64,000 bases of DNA from an uncultured Eubacteriales bacterium. GTDB taxonomy: Bacteria > Bacillota > Clostridia > Lachnospirales > Lachnospiraceae. Position numbers and translations under genes: made by a program. The stretch is taken from assembly GCA_900315665.1 (NCBI GenBank), contig OMZX01000003.1:10248-74247 (forward strand). The letters run 5' to 3'. The notes under the pieces are model-generated. The model saw nothing but the letters and a program-made list of their open reading frames with translations. It ran no database searches and was not told the DNA's origin. Positions 30,214 through 40,091 of the stretch are shown in pieces (within the stretch, counting starts at the first letter, position 1; every line of letters starts with the position of its first letter).

Positions 30214-31564
30214 TTTATTTCGGTTAAGTCTAAGCAATTTACTTCGCCGGAAGATGCGAACCTTCCTTACTGTGCTTGGTGTAGTCATTGGCACGGCATC
30301 GATTGTCGTCATGGTGAGCCTGGGCTTAGGCATGAGTCGTTCGATGTTGCAGTCTTACCAGAGTTATTCCTCATTGACAAATATCAATGTATATGCAGGT
30401 GGAGACAGTGGAATGATGGGTATGCGGCAGAGCAACACCGGTACGAAGGCACAGGAGTTGACGGATGACGCGATCGACAGCTTCCGCATGCTTCCGCATG
30501 TGACTGGCGCGTCGCCGATTCTCGAGGTGTATGTCAATGCAAAATCCGGTGCGGCATCCGGCGGTTTTTCCATACGCGGTGTATCACAGGATTATCTTCG
30601 TGAGTTGAAGGTGTCCGAGGATGAGATTCCGAAGCCGGATCAGGACACCCTGTCGCTTCTATATGGTAATCAGGTCGGCTATAACTTTTATAAGGGCTCA
30701 AATTATGAGCAGGCTATCGTGGATCCTATGAAGGATACAATTTTTATCTCCTTTCCGGAGCCTTCCGGGTCGTCCGGCAGTGCTTCCGGAGATGGCGATA
30801 GTTCTGCTAAGCCTGCGAAAAAATATATCCTTCCTGTAACCGGAGTACTGCCGGGCGGGCAGGAAGACTATTCCGATAACTCGTATAATGTCTACGCCGA
30901 TATCGATACCTTCAAGCATTTTCTAAAAAAAATTTATAAAAAGGATCTTGTGCCGAACCCGAAGACCAATAAACAGGGGAAACCGCTTCGCTATTATGTC
31001 TATGACCAGGCAGTCGTCATGGTGGATGATATGAAAAACGTAAAGGCAGTATCTGAAACATTACGGAACGAAGGCTGGCAGGTTTACTCGAACATGGATG
31101 GCCTCGAACAGGCACAGAAATCCATGAACATGGTTCAAGCTGTACTCGGTGGCATTGGTGCCGTATCGCTTCTTGTTGCAGCGATCGGCATCATGAACAC
31201 AATGATGATGTCAATCTATGAACGGACAAAGGAAATCGGCGTCATGAAGGTGCTCGGCTGTGATATGGGAGATATTCGTAACATGTTTCTCCTTGAATCC
31301 GGCACGATCGGTCTTGCCGGTGGTGTCATTGGCCTTATTCTTAGCTTTATCTTGTCCTTCACCATCAATTTCCTGACTAAAAATTCCGGCGGCGGTCTCG
31401 TTGCCATGATGGGCGGTGGCATGGGCACCGGCCTAAGCTACATTCCTCTCTGGCTGGCCGCCTTTGCAATCCTATTTTCAATCATGGTTGGTACCCTATC
31501 AGGATATGTACCTGCCGTTAGAGCGATGAAGCTGAGTCCTCTGGTCGCAATCAGAAATGAATAA
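30200..31564 (+). CDS. ABC transporter permease (MacB/FtsX family)
   Basis: RTFLTVLGVVIG, large extracellular domain, LLVAAIGIMNTM, ERTKEIGVMK..G, PAVRAMKLSP. Confidence 0.92.
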   Translation: MRFSDLFRLSLSNLLRRKMRTFLTVLGVVIGTASIVVMVSLGLGMSRSMLQSYQSYSSLTNINVYAGGDSGMMGMRQSNTGTKAQELTDDAIDSFRMLPHVTGASPILEVYVNAKSGAASGGFSIRGVSQDYLRELKVSEDEIPKPDQDTLSLLYGNQVGYNFYKGSNYEQAIVDPMKDTIFISFPEPSGSSGSASGDGDSSAKPAKKYILPVTGVLPGGQEDYSDNSYNVYADIDTFKHFLKKIYKKDLVPNPKTNKQGKPLRYYVYDQAVVMVDDMKNVKAVSETLRNEGWQVYSNMDGLEQAQKSMNMVQAVLGGIGAVSLLVAAIGIMNTMMMSIYERTKEIGVMKVLGCDMGDIRNMFLLESGTIGLAGGVIGLILSFILSFTINFLTKNSGGGLVAMMGGGMGTGLSYIPLWLAAFAILFSIMVGTLSGYVPAVRAMKLSPLVAIRNE

Positions 31565-31569
31565 ATCGT

Positions 31570-31603
31570 AAATCCGGGTTGGACATTCCACCCCGGATTT
31601 TTT
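31570..31603 (+). terminator. Intrinsic terminator after ABC operon
   Basis: aatccgggttgga / tccaccccggatt stem followed by a T run. Confidence 0.8.
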
Positions 31604-31708
31604 GACCACTGAGATTGTTATTGTGAAAAATATAGTGGCAAGATTTCCTGGTATGATGTACAATGTGAAACCAAATGGCAATTAGCTTTGGCTGAAGAGG
31701 GGGATACG

Positions 31709-33037
31709 ATGATCAAGGTTGCGAAGTTTGGCGGCAGCTCGTGCGCTACGGCAGCACAGTTTCAGAAGGTAAAGGATATCGTGCTGGCGGATCCGGCGAG
31801 ACGATACGTCGTGGTTTCAGCGCCCGGCAAGCGGATGTCTGGTGATACAAAGGTGACAGACCTTCTGTATAAAGCGTATCATCTTGCTGAAGAAGATGCG
31901 GATTTTGAACCTGTGATGGCGGAAATCAGAGCCCGTTTTCAGGAGATTGTCGATGATCTCAGTCTTTCCTTTGACCTTGATGAAAATTTTCGCATCATTA
32001 CCGATAACTTCAAAAAGAAAGTGGGCGTCGATTATGCGGCATCTCGTGGAGAATTCCTAAATGCGCAGCTGATGGCGGCATTCTTAGGCTTCGAATTTGT
32101 TGATGCATCGAGATGCATCGTCTTTCTTGAAGATAAGACCTGCGATTACCAGAAAACCGAGGAGAAGATTCGTGAGGTCTTGAAGGCTGTGCCGCATGCA
32201 GTAATACCAGGCTTCTATGGCGCGGATATAGATGGCAACGTCGTAACCTTTTCGAGAGGCGGCTCGGATGTGACGGGTTCTCTGATTGCCGCTGCAGAGC
32301 ACGTAGATCTTTATGAAAACTGGACCGATGTTTCCGGCTTCCTCGTAGCAGATCCGCATATTGTACCGAATCCGAAGGTTATTGATTATATTACATATCA
32401 GGAGCTTCGTGAGCTTAGCTATATGGGCGCTGGTGTTCTGCATGAGGATGCGATTTTCCCGGTTAGGAAGGAGGGCATCCCGATTCAGATTAAGAATACG
32501 AACCGTCCTGAGGATCACGGTACACTGATTGTACATAACACATTAAAAAAGCCGCGCTATATTATTACCGGTGTCAGCGGTAAGAAGGATTTCTGCGCAA
32601 TCAATATCGAAAAGGCGATGATGAATGCTGAAATCGGTTTCGGGCGCCGTGTACTTTCTGTTTTGGAGGATAACAATATTTCCTTCGAGCATCTTCCATC
32701 TGGTATTGATACGATGACACTTGTGATTCATCAGCAGGAGCTTGAGGAACATGAACAGGAGGTGTTGAATGGCATTCAGCGTGCCGTGGAGCCGGACCTC
32801 ATCGAACTGGAATCGGATATCGCTTTGATTGCTGTGGTTGGCCGTGGCATGCGTTCCTCCCGTGGCGTTGCCGGACGTGTATTCTCTGCACTTGCCCACG
32901 AATATATCAACATTAAGATGATTGATCAGGGATCAAGCGAGTATAATATCATCATTGGCGTTCGCAATGAGGATTTCGAGAAAGCCATCCGCGCGATTTA
33001 TGATATGTTTGTACTGTCGGTGGATGAAGAATCCTGA
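31709..33037 (+). CDS. Aspartate kinase with C-terminal ACT domains
   Basis: KFGGSS, VVVSAPGKR, SRGE, FSRGGSDVTG, WTDVSG, ELRELSYMGA, DQGSSEYNI. Confidence 0.94.
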   Translation: MIKVAKFGGSSCATAAQFQKVKDIVLADPARRYVVVSAPGKRMSGDTKVTDLLYKAYHLAEEDADFEPVMAEIRARFQEIVDDLSLSFDLDENFRIITDNFKKKVGVDYAASRGEFLNAQLMAAFLGFEFVDASRCIVFLEDKTCDYQKTEEKIREVLKAVPHAVIPGFYGADIDGNVVTFSRGGSDVTGSLIAAAEHVDLYENWTDVSGFLVADPHIVPNPKVIDYITYQELRELSYMGAGVLHEDAIFPVRKEGIPIQIKNTNRPEDHGTLIVHNTLKKPRYIITGVSGKKDFCAINIEKAMMNAEIGFGRRVLSVLEDNNISFEHLPSGIDTMTLVIHQQELEEHEQEVLNGIQRAVEPDLIELESDIALIAVVGRGMRSSRGVAGRVFSALAHEYINIKMIDQGSSEYNIIIGVRNEDFEKAIRAIYDMFVLSVDEES

Positions 33038-33115
33038 TTTGAGAAGAACATGCTGGATTAACAGGTATCCAATTGCTGCGTTCTGTTATGCTGAGTTGGA
33101 TTAAAAAGAAGAACG

Positions 33116-34387
33116 ATGAAAATAATTGTAATCGGCGGCGGTGCAGCCGGGATGATGGCCGCATTAGCTGCGAAGACAGAAGCACCTGATGAAGAGGTGC
33201 TTCTTTTTGAGAAAAACGATAAGCTGGGAAAGAAGATTTTTATCACTGGAAAGGGCCGTGGCAACGCGACCAACGCTGCACCGATGGAAGAATTTATGCA
33301 GCATTATGTAAATAATCCCAAATTTCTCTATACTGCCTTTCATACGATGACAAATCGGGATGTGATGCGGCTTCTTGAGGACAATGGCTGTCGGCTTAAG
33401 ACGGAACGCGGCAATCGTGTTTTTCCTGCCTCGGATCATGCCTATAGTATCACAGATGCACTGAAACATGCGCTAAAGCATGCAGGCGTCGAGATCCGGT
33501 ATAAGACCGAGGTGCGGGACATTTTTCTTAAAGAGGAGAGTGGCATCGCAGGTGTGCTGACAGACCGGGGAAAGGAAACAGCAGATGCTGTGATTATTGC
33601 AACCGGCGGACTAACCTATCCGTCGACTGGTTCGACAGGAGACGGTTACCGTTTTGCGGGAAAGGCAGGCGTTAAGGTCACAGAATGCTTTCCGGCACTT
33701 GTGTATCTTAGCGTTTATGAGGAAGATTACCGGCGGCTTCGCGGACTCATGCTCAAAAATATCCGCGTCCGAATCACGGATGAGGAACAGAAAACATATT
33801 TTTCCGATTTCGGAGATATTGAGTTTATGGAAGAAGGTCTTCGAGGCCCTCTGATGCTTTCCGCATCTTCTATCGTGACAAAGTATTTAAATACGAAGAA
33901 TATGAAAAAGCCGATTCTGACTGTCCACATCGATCTAAAGCCATCCCTGGATGATAAAACGCTGGATGATCGTTTGATTCGCGAGCTTTCCGACAACCAT
34001 CAGAAAGAACTTCGCAATGCCTTCTTCAGCCTGTTACCCGCGCAGCTGATTCCTGCTTTTCTCGATAGGCTTGCGGCACGAAATGTTGACATTAATCAGA
34101 AGGCCGGCGATGTCCGGAAGGAAGCAAGAAAAGAGATTTTTAAGCTTCTTCGTGATTACAGCTTCACAATTAGCGGTACAGGCACCTTTAAGGAAGCAAT
34201 CATCACTCAGGGTGGTATATCTGTGAAGGACATCTCTCCGAAGACAATGGAGGCGAAAGGGGTTAAAGGATTATACTTCGCTGGTGAGGTGATTGATGTT
34301 GACGGCTTCACGGGCGGCTTTAACATGCAGATGGCCTTTTCAACCGGCTGCCTTGCGGGAAAATCCGCCGCTTCTCAAAACAAATAG
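33116..34387 (+). CDS. BaiN/YhiN (HI0933)-family flavoprotein oxidoreductase
   Basis: IGGGAAGMMAA, GKKIFITGKGRGN, ERGNRVFP, ATGG..YPSTGSTGDG, TQGG, GEVIDVDGFTGGFN. Confidence 0.9.
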   Translation: MKIIVIGGGAAGMMAALAAKTEAPDEEVLLFEKNDKLGKKIFITGKGRGNATNAAPMEEFMQHYVNNPKFLYTAFHTMTNRDVMRLLEDNGCRLKTERGNRVFPASDHAYSITDALKHALKHAGVEIRYKTEVRDIFLKEESGIAGVLTDRGKETADAVIIATGGLTYPSTGSTGDGYRFAGKAGVKVTECFPALVYLSVYEEDYRRLRGLMLKNIRVRITDEEQKTYFSDFGDIEFMEEGLRGPLMLSASSIVTKYLNTKNMKKPILTVHIDLKPSLDDKTLDDRLIRELSDNHQKELRNAFFSLLPAQLIPAFLDRLAARNVDINQKAGDVRKEARKEIFKLLRDYSFTISGTGTFKEAIITQGGISVKDISPKTMEAKGVKGLYFAGEVIDVDGFTGGFNMQMAFSTGCLAGKSAASQNK

Positions 34388-34404
34388 AATGAAGGAGAAA
34401 GAAC

Positions 34405-35070
34405 ATGCCATATAGTATTGCAATTGACGGACCGGCAGGCGCCGGAAAATCTACGATCGCACGGGCTGTCGCAAAGGAGCTTGGATATGTATATATTGAT
34501 ACAGGTGCGATGTATCGTGCGGTAGGGCTCTATGTACTTAAAAAGAAAATAGAGCTTTCTGATGAGAAAAAAATCGTAGAAGCATTGCCGCTTCTTGATA
34601 TTTCACTTTCCTACGATGATGAGGGCGTGCAGCATGTGCTTTTGAACGGAGAGGATGTATCCTCGGCAATCAGAACAGAACGCGTTTCAGAAGCTGCCTC
34701 TGTCGTGTCCCAGTATAAGGCGGTTAGGGAGAAGCTTGTCGCATTGCAGCAGGCACTTGCAAAAAGGACTTCTGTCGTGATGGATGGCCGCGATATTGCA
34801 TCGAAGGTACTGCCTGATGCTGATACGAAGATCTATCTTACGGCCTCTGTAGAGGAAAGGGCGAGACGTCGTGCGAGAGAGCTTCAGGAAAAGGGAGAAC
34901 CGTGCAATATCAAGGCAGTTGAAAAGGATATTGAGGAAAGAGACTACCGGGATATGCATCGTGCACAGTCACCCCTTGTTCGTGTAGAGGATGCCGTACT
35001 GGTAGACAGCTCCGACCTCACGATCGACGAAACCATCGACCGGATTCTCGACATCGCCATGAAGCGTTGA
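34405..35070 (+). CDS. cmk: Cytidylate kinase
   Basis: IAIDGPAGAGKST, DTGAMYR, MDGRDI, KIYLTAS, RDYRD. Confidence 0.97.
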   Translation: MPYSIAIDGPAGAGKSTIARAVAKELGYVYIDTGAMYRAVGLYVLKKKIELSDEKKIVEALPLLDISLSYDDEGVQHVLLNGEDVSSAIRTERVSEAASVVSQYKAVREKLVALQQALAKRTSVVMDGRDIASKVLPDADTKIYLTASVEERARRRARELQEKGEPCNIKAVEKDIEERDYRDMHRAQSPLVRVEDAVLVDSSDLTIDETIDRILDIAMKR

Positions 35071-35078
35071 GGAATAAA

Positions 35079-35951
35079 ATGAATGTTGAATTAGCAAAGA
35101 CTGCCGGCTTCTGCTTCGGCGTTGAGCGTGCGGTCAGTACAGTATATGAAACGATAAATCGGGAAGCACGGAAATCGGAGAAGGAAAGAAAAAGCATCTA
35201 TACATACGGCGCCATCGTCCATAATGAAACGGTTGTCGAGGATCTCCGAAAGAAAGGCGTGCATGTGATTGAAACGCCTGCAGAGCTACAGGATATCCGT
35301 GACGGTATCATTATTATACGAGCACACGGGGTTGGTAGAGATGTTTATACGGCGTTAAAAAACACAGGGTCGGAAATTATTGACGCGTCGTGCCCCTTTG
35401 TACAGAAAATCCAGCGCCTTGCAGAAGAAAATACGGGTGACGGCAAAAAAACCTTTATCGCCGGGAATCCGGTGCATCCGGAAATCGTTGGGATCGTTGG
35501 CTGGGCAAAGGGCCCAATCACGGTGCTGCCGGATGTAGAGACAGCTTCGGGGCTTCCAGATGGGCATGGAGAGAAGATTACACTTCTTGCACAGACAACC
35601 TTCAACGTTTCAAAATTCGAACAAATCCTTGCTATTTTGAAAGAAAAAGGTTATTATGTTAATGCTATAAATACGATTTGTAACGCGACTTTCGAAAGAC
35701 AGACAGAAGCAGCGGAACTGGCAAAGCGTTCAGATGCTATGATTGTCATTGGAGGAAGCAGTTCATCCAACACGAAGAAACTATTTGAGATTTGCAGGCA
35801 ATTCTGCCCGGACACCCAGTTGATACAGACGGTGAAAGATCTTGAATTCCGAAAAGATGAAGCGATTCAAAACGTAGGTATTACAGCTGGGGCAAGCACC
35901 CCGAAAGAAATTATTGAGGAGGTTCTAACTTATGTCAGAAATGAGTTTTGA
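35079..35951 (+). CDS. ispH: 4-hydroxy-3-methylbut-2-enyl diphosphate reductase
   Basis: AGFCFGVERA, IVHN, RAHG, DASCPFV, QTT, TICNAT, SSNT, GITAGASTP. Confidence 0.96.
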   Translation: MNVELAKTAGFCFGVERAVSTVYETINREARKSEKERKSIYTYGAIVHNETVVEDLRKKGVHVIETPAELQDIRDGIIIIRAHGVGRDVYTALKNTGSEIIDASCPFVQKIQRLAEENTGDGKKTFIAGNPVHPEIVGIVGWAKGPITVLPDVETASGLPDGHGEKITLLAQTTFNVSKFEQILAILKEKGYYVNAINTICNATFERQTEAAELAKRSDAMIVIGGSSSSNTKKLFEICRQFCPDTQLIQTVKDLEFRKDEAIQNVGITAGASTPKEIIEEVLTYVRNEF

Positions 35952-37077
35952 ACAAATGCTTGATGCATCATGGAAATCTATTCATGCAGGGGAGATTGTC
36001 ACTGGTAAAGTTATTAGTGTTAAGCCGGATGAAGTTGCACTGAACATCGGTTACAAGTCCGACGGTATCATGACAAGAAGCGACTACAGCCAAGACAACA
36101 CATTGGATCTTACTACAGTGATCAATGTCGGTGACGAGATTGAGTGCAAGGTTAAGAAGGTAAATGACGGCGAAGGTCAGGTGGTTCTTTCTCATAGAGA
36201 AGCCATTGCAAGCAAGGCTTCAGAGGAACTTCGTAAGGCATTTGAAGAGAAGACAGTTCTTACAGGTAAGGTCGTTCAGGTTGTAAAGGGCGGTCTGAAT
36301 GTTGAAGTTGAAGGAGCAAGAGTATTTATTCCTGCATCTCTCGTATCGGATACCTTTGAAAGAGACCTCACGAAGTACCAGGGACAGGATATTCAGTTCG
36401 TTATTACAGAGTTCAATCCGCAGAAGAGAAGAATCATTGGCGACAGAAAGCAGATTCTTGTTGAGGAGAAGAAGGAGCAGCATGATAAGCTGTTCTCGAC
36501 GCTCGCTGTTGGTGATGTTTATACTGGTGTTGTTAAGAATCTGACTGATTTTGGCGCATTCATTGATCTCGGCGGTGCGGATGGCCTTTTACATATTTCC
36601 GAGATGAGCTGGGGCAGAATCGAAAACCCGAAGAAGCTTTTTAAGCCGGGCCAGGAAGTTAAGGTTATGGTCAAGGATATTAATGGAGACCGTATCGCTC
36701 TTACGCGCAAGTTCCCGGATGAGAATCCATGGAAAGATGCTGAAGAGAAGTTCGCAGTTGGTACCGTCATCAAGGGTAAAGTTGCACGTATGACTGATTT
36801 CGGCGCATTCATCGAGCTTGAGAAGGGCATTGATGCTTTGCTTCACGTTTCCCAGATTTCTAAGGAGCATGTCAACAAGCCTGCTGATGTTTTACAGATC
36901 GGACAGGAGATTGAGGCTAAGATCGTTGATCTTGATGTAGAGAATCATAAGATTTCTCTCAGCATGAAGGCTATGCTTCCGGGCGGTAAGAAGGACGACG
37001 GTGAGTTTGCTGATGTTGATATCGAGGCAGTCGGCAGAGAAGAAGCTGCAAAGGCTGACACAGAGGATGCACAGTAA
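35932..37077 (+). CDS. rpsA: 30S ribosomal protein S1 (four S1 domains)
   Basis: Repeated S1 motifs (DFGAFIDLGG, DFGAFIELEKG, LLHISE, LLHVSQ). GAGGAGG RBS inside the ispH 3' end. Confidence 0.95.
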   Translation: MSEMSFEQMLDASWKSIHAGEIVTGKVISVKPDEVALNIGYKSDGIMTRSDYSQDNTLDLTTVINVGDEIECKVKKVNDGEGQVVLSHREAIASKASEELRKAFEEKTVLTGKVVQVVKGGLNVEVEGARVFIPASLVSDTFERDLTKYQGQDIQFVITEFNPQKRRIIGDRKQILVEEKKEQHDKLFSTLAVGDVYTGVVKNLTDFGAFIDLGGADGLLHISEMSWGRIENPKKLFKPGQEVKVMVKDINGDRIALTRKFPDENPWKDAEEKFAVGTVIKGKVARMTDFGAFIELEKGIDALLHVSQISKEHVNKPADVLQIGQEIEAKIVDLDVENHKISLSMKAMLPGGKKDDGEFADVDIEAVGREEAAKADTEDAQ

Positions 37078-37090
37078 GTGATATATTTTT

Positions 37091-37123
37091 GGCCGGACAG
37101 GTATTACCTGCCCGGCCGTTTTT
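37091..37123 (+). terminator. Intrinsic terminator after rpsA
   Basis: ggccggacagg / cctgcccggcc stem followed by gttttt. Confidence 0.85.
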
Positions 37124-37205
37124 CGTTTTAAGGCGAATCTGGCGCTGCTTTATCAAGCCTTGTACCTTAATAAAAATAAGAAAAATCATTTAAGGGAATG
37201 AAATC

Positions 37206-37682
37206 ATGGGAGTTGAAATTGAAAGAAAATTTTTGGTTCGGGATATGCCGGATTTATCAAAGTATCCTGTGCGGTTGATTGAACAGGCATATCTTAATTA
37301 TAGTCCGGCAATCCGGATCCGCCATGACCAGTCGGATACAGCTGAGAAGTATGAGCTGACTTATAAGGGATCGGGCATTTATGCGCATCAGGAGGATAAC
37401 CTGCCGATTGACGCGGCGACATACCAGCACCTTCTTGAAAAGCATGATGGAAGCATTATCCGAAAAAAGAGATACATGATTCCAGTCGGCAAATATACGG
37501 CTGAACTGGACGTATTTGAAGGCGATCTGAGCGGCCTTGTCTTTTTAGAAGTCGAATTCCCGACGGAGGAGGAAGAGCGGCGCTTTATTGCTCCATCATG
37601 GTTTGGTGAGGATGTGACATCGACTGGATTGTATTCCAATGCCCGCCTTGCAAAGTCTGGACTGCCATATAAAAATGTTTGA
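37206..37682 (+). CDS. CYTH domain protein (triphosphate tunnel metalloenzyme)
   Basis: EIERKFLV, IEQAYL, IRIR, KKRY, ELDVF, EVEF. Confidence 0.9.
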   Translation: MGVEIERKFLVRDMPDLSKYPVRLIEQAYLNYSPAIRIRHDQSDTAEKYELTYKGSGIYAHQEDNLPIDAATYQHLLEKHDGSIIRKKRYMIPVGKYTAELDVFEGDLSGLVFLEVEFPTEEEERRFIAPSWFGEDVTSTGLYSNARLAKSGLPYKNV

Positions 37683-37915
37683 TGATTTGACTTTAAGCTA
37701 AACATTATCGGAACAATATAGGGCGATTACCTGCGCGAATTTCCTTGCGTTAAGCGGGACTTCGTGTTATACTCACAATTCGGATGCATGACCCGTGAAA
37801 CAGATGGGCCGCTGGGCATAAGTATTCTTACCGGGAACCGGAGGGATACTTATGCTTATGCTGCCGGTTGGGCCTTCGCATAAATATAGGTAAAATCGTT
37901 TGGAGGTACTCTTGA

Positions 37916-39241
37916 ATGAGCGTAAAGGTTGAAAATCTTGAAAAGAGCATGGCAAAGATCACGGTTGAGGTTGATGCCGCTGATTTTGAAAAGGCCATTA
38001 AGAAGTCATATGATAAGGATAAGAATCGGTTCAATATTCCCGGCTTCCGTAAGGGACATGCACCGCTTTCTATGATTGAAAAGATGTTTGGTGAGCAGGT
38101 TTTCTATGAAGATGCGCTGAATGTTGTTCTGGATGAAACTTATCCGGATGCTGCAAAGGAGTCTCAGCTTGATATCGTTTCTCGCCCGGAGATTGGTGTT
38201 GATCAGATTGGAAAGGGCAAGAATCTCATCTATACTGCAACCGTAGCTGTAAAGCCTGAAGTTAAGCTTGGTGAGTACAAGGGTGTAACCGTTGAGAAGG
38301 CTGATACGACGATTACGGCAGAAGAGATTGAGAAGAGACTTGATCGTGAGCGTGAGAAGAATGCGCGTACAGTCGAGGTAGAGCGTGAAATCAAGAAGGA
38401 TGATATCGCAAAGATTGATTTCACTGGTTACGTAGATGACAAGGAGTTTGAAGGCGGCAAGGGTGAAGATTATGACCTGACGATCGGCTCCGGTACCTTT
38501 ATCCCAGGCTTCGAGGATCAGCTGATCGGACACAAGGCTGGCGAAGAGGTTGATGTTAATGTTACCTTCCCAGAGGAATATGGCGCGAAGGAGCTTGCTG
38601 GTAAGCCTGCACTGTTCAAGGTTACTGTAAAGAGCGTGAAGGAAAAGCAGATTCCAGAGGCTGATGATGAGTTTGCATCCGAGGTTTCCGAGTTCGATAC
38701 TCTTGATGAGTATAAGAAGGACCTTGAGAAACAGCTGAAGGAAGAGAAAGAGAAGCAGGCTACAACCGCCAATGAAAACGCTGTCGTTGCGAAGGTCGTA
38801 GAGAATGCAGAGGTCGAGCTGCCTGAGCCGATGATTGAGTCTCAGCTTGACAATATGTATTATGACTATGCGATGCGGTTACAGCAGCAGGGCATCCCGA
38901 TGGATCAGTATCTGAAGATTACTGGTCTTACGGCAGATAAGATCAGAGAGCAGATGAAGCCTTCTGCAGAGAAGAATCTGAAGAATTCCCTTGTCATCGA
39001 GGCTGTTATGAATAAAGAAAATGTAACGGTATCTGATGAACGCTTAGAGGAGGAGTTCAAGAAAGTTGCTGATCAGTATAAGATGAAGTATGAGGATCTT
39101 ATGAAGTCCGTTTCTGATAAGGAAAAGGAAGACATGAGACGTCAGGTTGCTTTCCAGGAGACCGTAGATCTTCTCGTTTCCGAGGCAAATCTTGTTGCGC
39201 CGGAGAAGAAAGCGGAAGAAAACTCTTCAGCACAGCAGTAA
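37916..39241 (+). CDS. tig: Trigger factor
   Basis: IPGFRKGHAP signature, FKBP domain (FEGGK, FIPGFEDQL, FPEEY). Confidence 0.98.
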   Translation: MSVKVENLEKSMAKITVEVDAADFEKAIKKSYDKDKNRFNIPGFRKGHAPLSMIEKMFGEQVFYEDALNVVLDETYPDAAKESQLDIVSRPEIGVDQIGKGKNLIYTATVAVKPEVKLGEYKGVTVEKADTTITAEEIEKRLDREREKNARTVEVEREIKKDDIAKIDFTGYVDDKEFEGGKGEDYDLTIGSGTFIPGFEDQLIGHKAGEEVDVNVTFPEEYGAKELAGKPALFKVTVKSVKEKQIPEADDEFASEVSEFDTLDEYKKDLEKQLKEEKEKQATTANENAVVAKVVENAEVELPEPMIESQLDNMYYDYAMRLQQQGIPMDQYLKITGLTADKIREQMKPSAEKNLKNSLVIEAVMNKENVTVSDERLEEEFKKVADQYKMKYEDLMKSVSDKEKEDMRRQVAFQETVDLLVSEANLVAPEKKAEENSSAQQ

Positions 39242-39292
39242 TCCGTGAGATATTTGATTTCCCGCTATTTTAGGGAGAGTGAATACAGTTCC

Positions 39293-39352
39293 CGCATCGC
39301 TCGTACCGGGCCAGGGAAATAAAGAATGAGCGATGCGTCTGCATCGCTCATT
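39293..39352. promoter_or_regulatory. Perfect 12-bp hairpin with an alternative upstream partner in the tig-clpP spacer
   Basis: aatgagcgatgc-gtct-gcatcgctcatt (39325-39352). cgcatcgctc (39293-39302) is complementary to 39328-39337. Confidence 0.6.
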
Positions 39353-39443
39353 GCTGTTTACAGGGAAAATTAAGCTGCAGTGTACTTGATATGGCAACCT
39401 GAAGAAATCCAAGAAAGCTAGGGTATAAAAGGAGGATATACAC

Positions 39444-40091
39444 TTGAATAATCCATTTAATCCACAGAATATTACGACAATCCCTTATGTCATTCAATCG
39501 ACATCTCGTGGAGAGCGTTCTTATGATATTTTTTCCCGCCTTTTAAATGAACGTATCGTTTTTCTCGGCGATGAAGTGAATCATGATACAGCATCACTCG
39601 TTGTAGCACAGCTCCTGTTTCTGGAGTCGGAGGACCCGGACAAGGATATTAATCTCTATATCAACTCTCCGGGCGGCGTGATCACGGATGGTATGGCCAT
39701 TTATGATACCATGCAGTATATCAAGTGTGATGTCTCGACGATTTGCGTCGGCATGGCTGCATCGATGGGTGCATTTCTTCTGGCTGGCGGTACGAAGGGG
39801 AAGCGCATGATTCTGCCAAACGCAGAGGTTATGATTCATCAGCCATCAGGAGGGGCAGAAGGTCAGGCGACGGAGATCCAGATTACAGCGGAATGGATTC
39901 TTCGTACAAAGAAGCATATGGCGGAAATATTGGCTGAGAATTGCGGACAGCCAGTCGAAAAGGTAATGGCAGATACAGAACGAGATCACTGGATGACCGC
40001 AGAGCAGGCTCTTGAATATGGCCTTGTGGATCACATCTTTAAGTCTCGTGATGAAGGCCTCACAAATAAGAATGAGAAAGAGGATAAATAA
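39444..40091 (+). CDS. clpP: ATP-dependent Clp protease proteolytic subunit
   Basis: TTG start after [25 protein letters not shown] (catalytic Ser), MIHQP (His), ERD. Confidence 0.98.
   Translation: MNNPFNPQNITTIPYVIQSTSRGERSYDIFSRLLNERIVFLGDEVNHDTASLVVAQLLFLESEDPDKDINLYINSPGGVITDGMAIYDTMQYIKCDVSTICVGMAASMGAFLLAGGTKGKRMILPNAEVMIHQPSGGAEGQATEIQITAEWILRTKKHMAEILAENCGQPVEKVMADTERDHWMTAEQALEYGLVDHIFKSRDEGLTNKNEKEDK

Noticed and set aside
31604-31708. Lysine riboswitch ahead of aspartate kinase
   Set aside because: The leader is too short (about 100 nt) and AT-rich, with no matching structure.
35915-35951. ispH/rpsA 20-nt overlap as a frameshifted IspH-S1 fusion
   Set aside because: rpsA has its own GAGGAGG and ATG and both proteins are complete. 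From recall, the split overlapping form is usual in this family.
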